Source: the human T2T-CHM13v2.0 reference genome, Homo sapiens. From it: a stretch of 64,000 bases of DNA. The position numbers and the translations under genes were made by a program. Shown piece after piece: positions 62,939 through 64,000 of this stretch. A model generated the notes under the pieces. The model ran no database searches. It was not told where the DNA came from and was given only the letters and a program-made list of their open reading frames with translations. Each line of letters starts with the position of its first letter. Position 1 is the stretch's first letter. The stretch lies in assembly GCF_009914755.1 (NCBI RefSeq), contig NC_060927.1. One strand, given 5' to 3'.

Positions 62939-64000
62939 AAATAGGTCCATGAAATGATGCCTCAATCGCCTGCCTTGTGAGGCGGGCAGTACTATGCCTG
63001 TATCACTGCAGATCAAGCAGCTTGCCAGGGTCCCCAGTTGTTGGGGTGGCAGAGCTTCCCAAAGGCAATGGGGTTGGAGGACAGCCCTGAAACAGACCCT
63101 GAGGTTCTGTCCCCAGCCCCCAGAAGATATTTCTCTCAAGATCCTGGGGTAGGGGGTGACTTGCAGTCTCATCCCACCCTGTCTGCCAGGTCTGCCCCAT
63201 GCCAAGAGATTCACTCCTAGCAGGGGAAAGGTGGCCTGATACTTCTACAACTTATAAGAAAATATTTCTCATCTGGCTTCCCTGTCTCTCAGACCATGTC
63301 CCTGCTTTTCTTCTCAAGGGCTCATTGTTATCTTGGAGACTTCTAAAATCTTCCTTTTTCCTGTGTTCAAATATGTCTCCGGAGTTATGCGATGGAGAAT
63401 GACCCTGCTCAAATCTCCGAGCCATTACCATGCCATCTATGAGGTTAATGTCTGAAAGGATGAGAGTGGCCCAACAAAGCTGCCTTCCTGTGTAGGGGAG
63501 TGAGAGAGCTTGTCAAGAGGCCACAGAGGCTAAGGGGCATTGAGGTCTACTGAGGACACTCCTCTTTGATGAGTTCATGAATATTCAAACATGCAAATGA
63601 CATACCATGTCTACAGGCCCCACAGTCTTCAACCCACTTTCAAGGGTGGCTGGTGGATTTATTTCTGTGTAGAAAATGGTTCTGCAGTGTGGGTCAGCTA
63701 CTTTCTATCTGACCCTCTTCATACAATCACATATTTGTTTCTCAGATTATGACATACAGTACAAGAGATGGGTTTCTTTCTCTCCTTTTTTTGTTCTCTC
63801 TCTTTCTTATTTTATTATAGGAAATTTTGAACGTATGTAAACTTAAAGAGAATAGTATATTGAGCCACCATGGATTCATTTCCTAGCTTCACCAATTATT
63901 AACCCATAGCCAATCTCATTTCATCTATATCACCACCTACTCCCCAACTTTCAAAATTATTTTGAGGCAAATACTGGATATCATATCATCTGGGGACATT

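Overview
This is primate DNA, almost certainly human, and matches the RBP1 (cellular retinol-binding protein 1, CRBP1) locus. RBP1 lies on the minus strand with four coding exons: 58889-58961, 58210-58388, 37846-37947 and 37052-37105. All introns are GT-AG and the exons splice to the 135-aa protein. An in-frame upstream ATG at 59147 would give a 197-aa form, and the poly(A) signal is at 36880-36885. The promoter sits in a CpG island, with a DR2 retinoic-acid response element at 60291-60304. The left 25 kb is dense with transposons. It holds a four-level nested L1 cluster that includes an apparent 3' transduction, an MSTA solo LTR, a full-length processed gamma-actin pseudogene (ACTG1P1-like) with target-site duplications (TSDs), and ERV1-like internal sequence. 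Alus, MLT1, MER and MIR relics are scattered through the rest. I found no new protein-coding system. The most notable observations are an exonisable antisense Alu in RBP1 intron 2, the ancient L1 3' transduction, a tail-less Alu fragment apparently copied from a neighbouring Alu, a perfect DR1 and an OTX/LHX-type motif cluster in intron 2, and a perfect splice donor at the left edge that may belong to an upstream RBP2 exon. Repeat subfamily calls come from recalled consensus sequences, and their boundaries are approximate unless a TSD is given.
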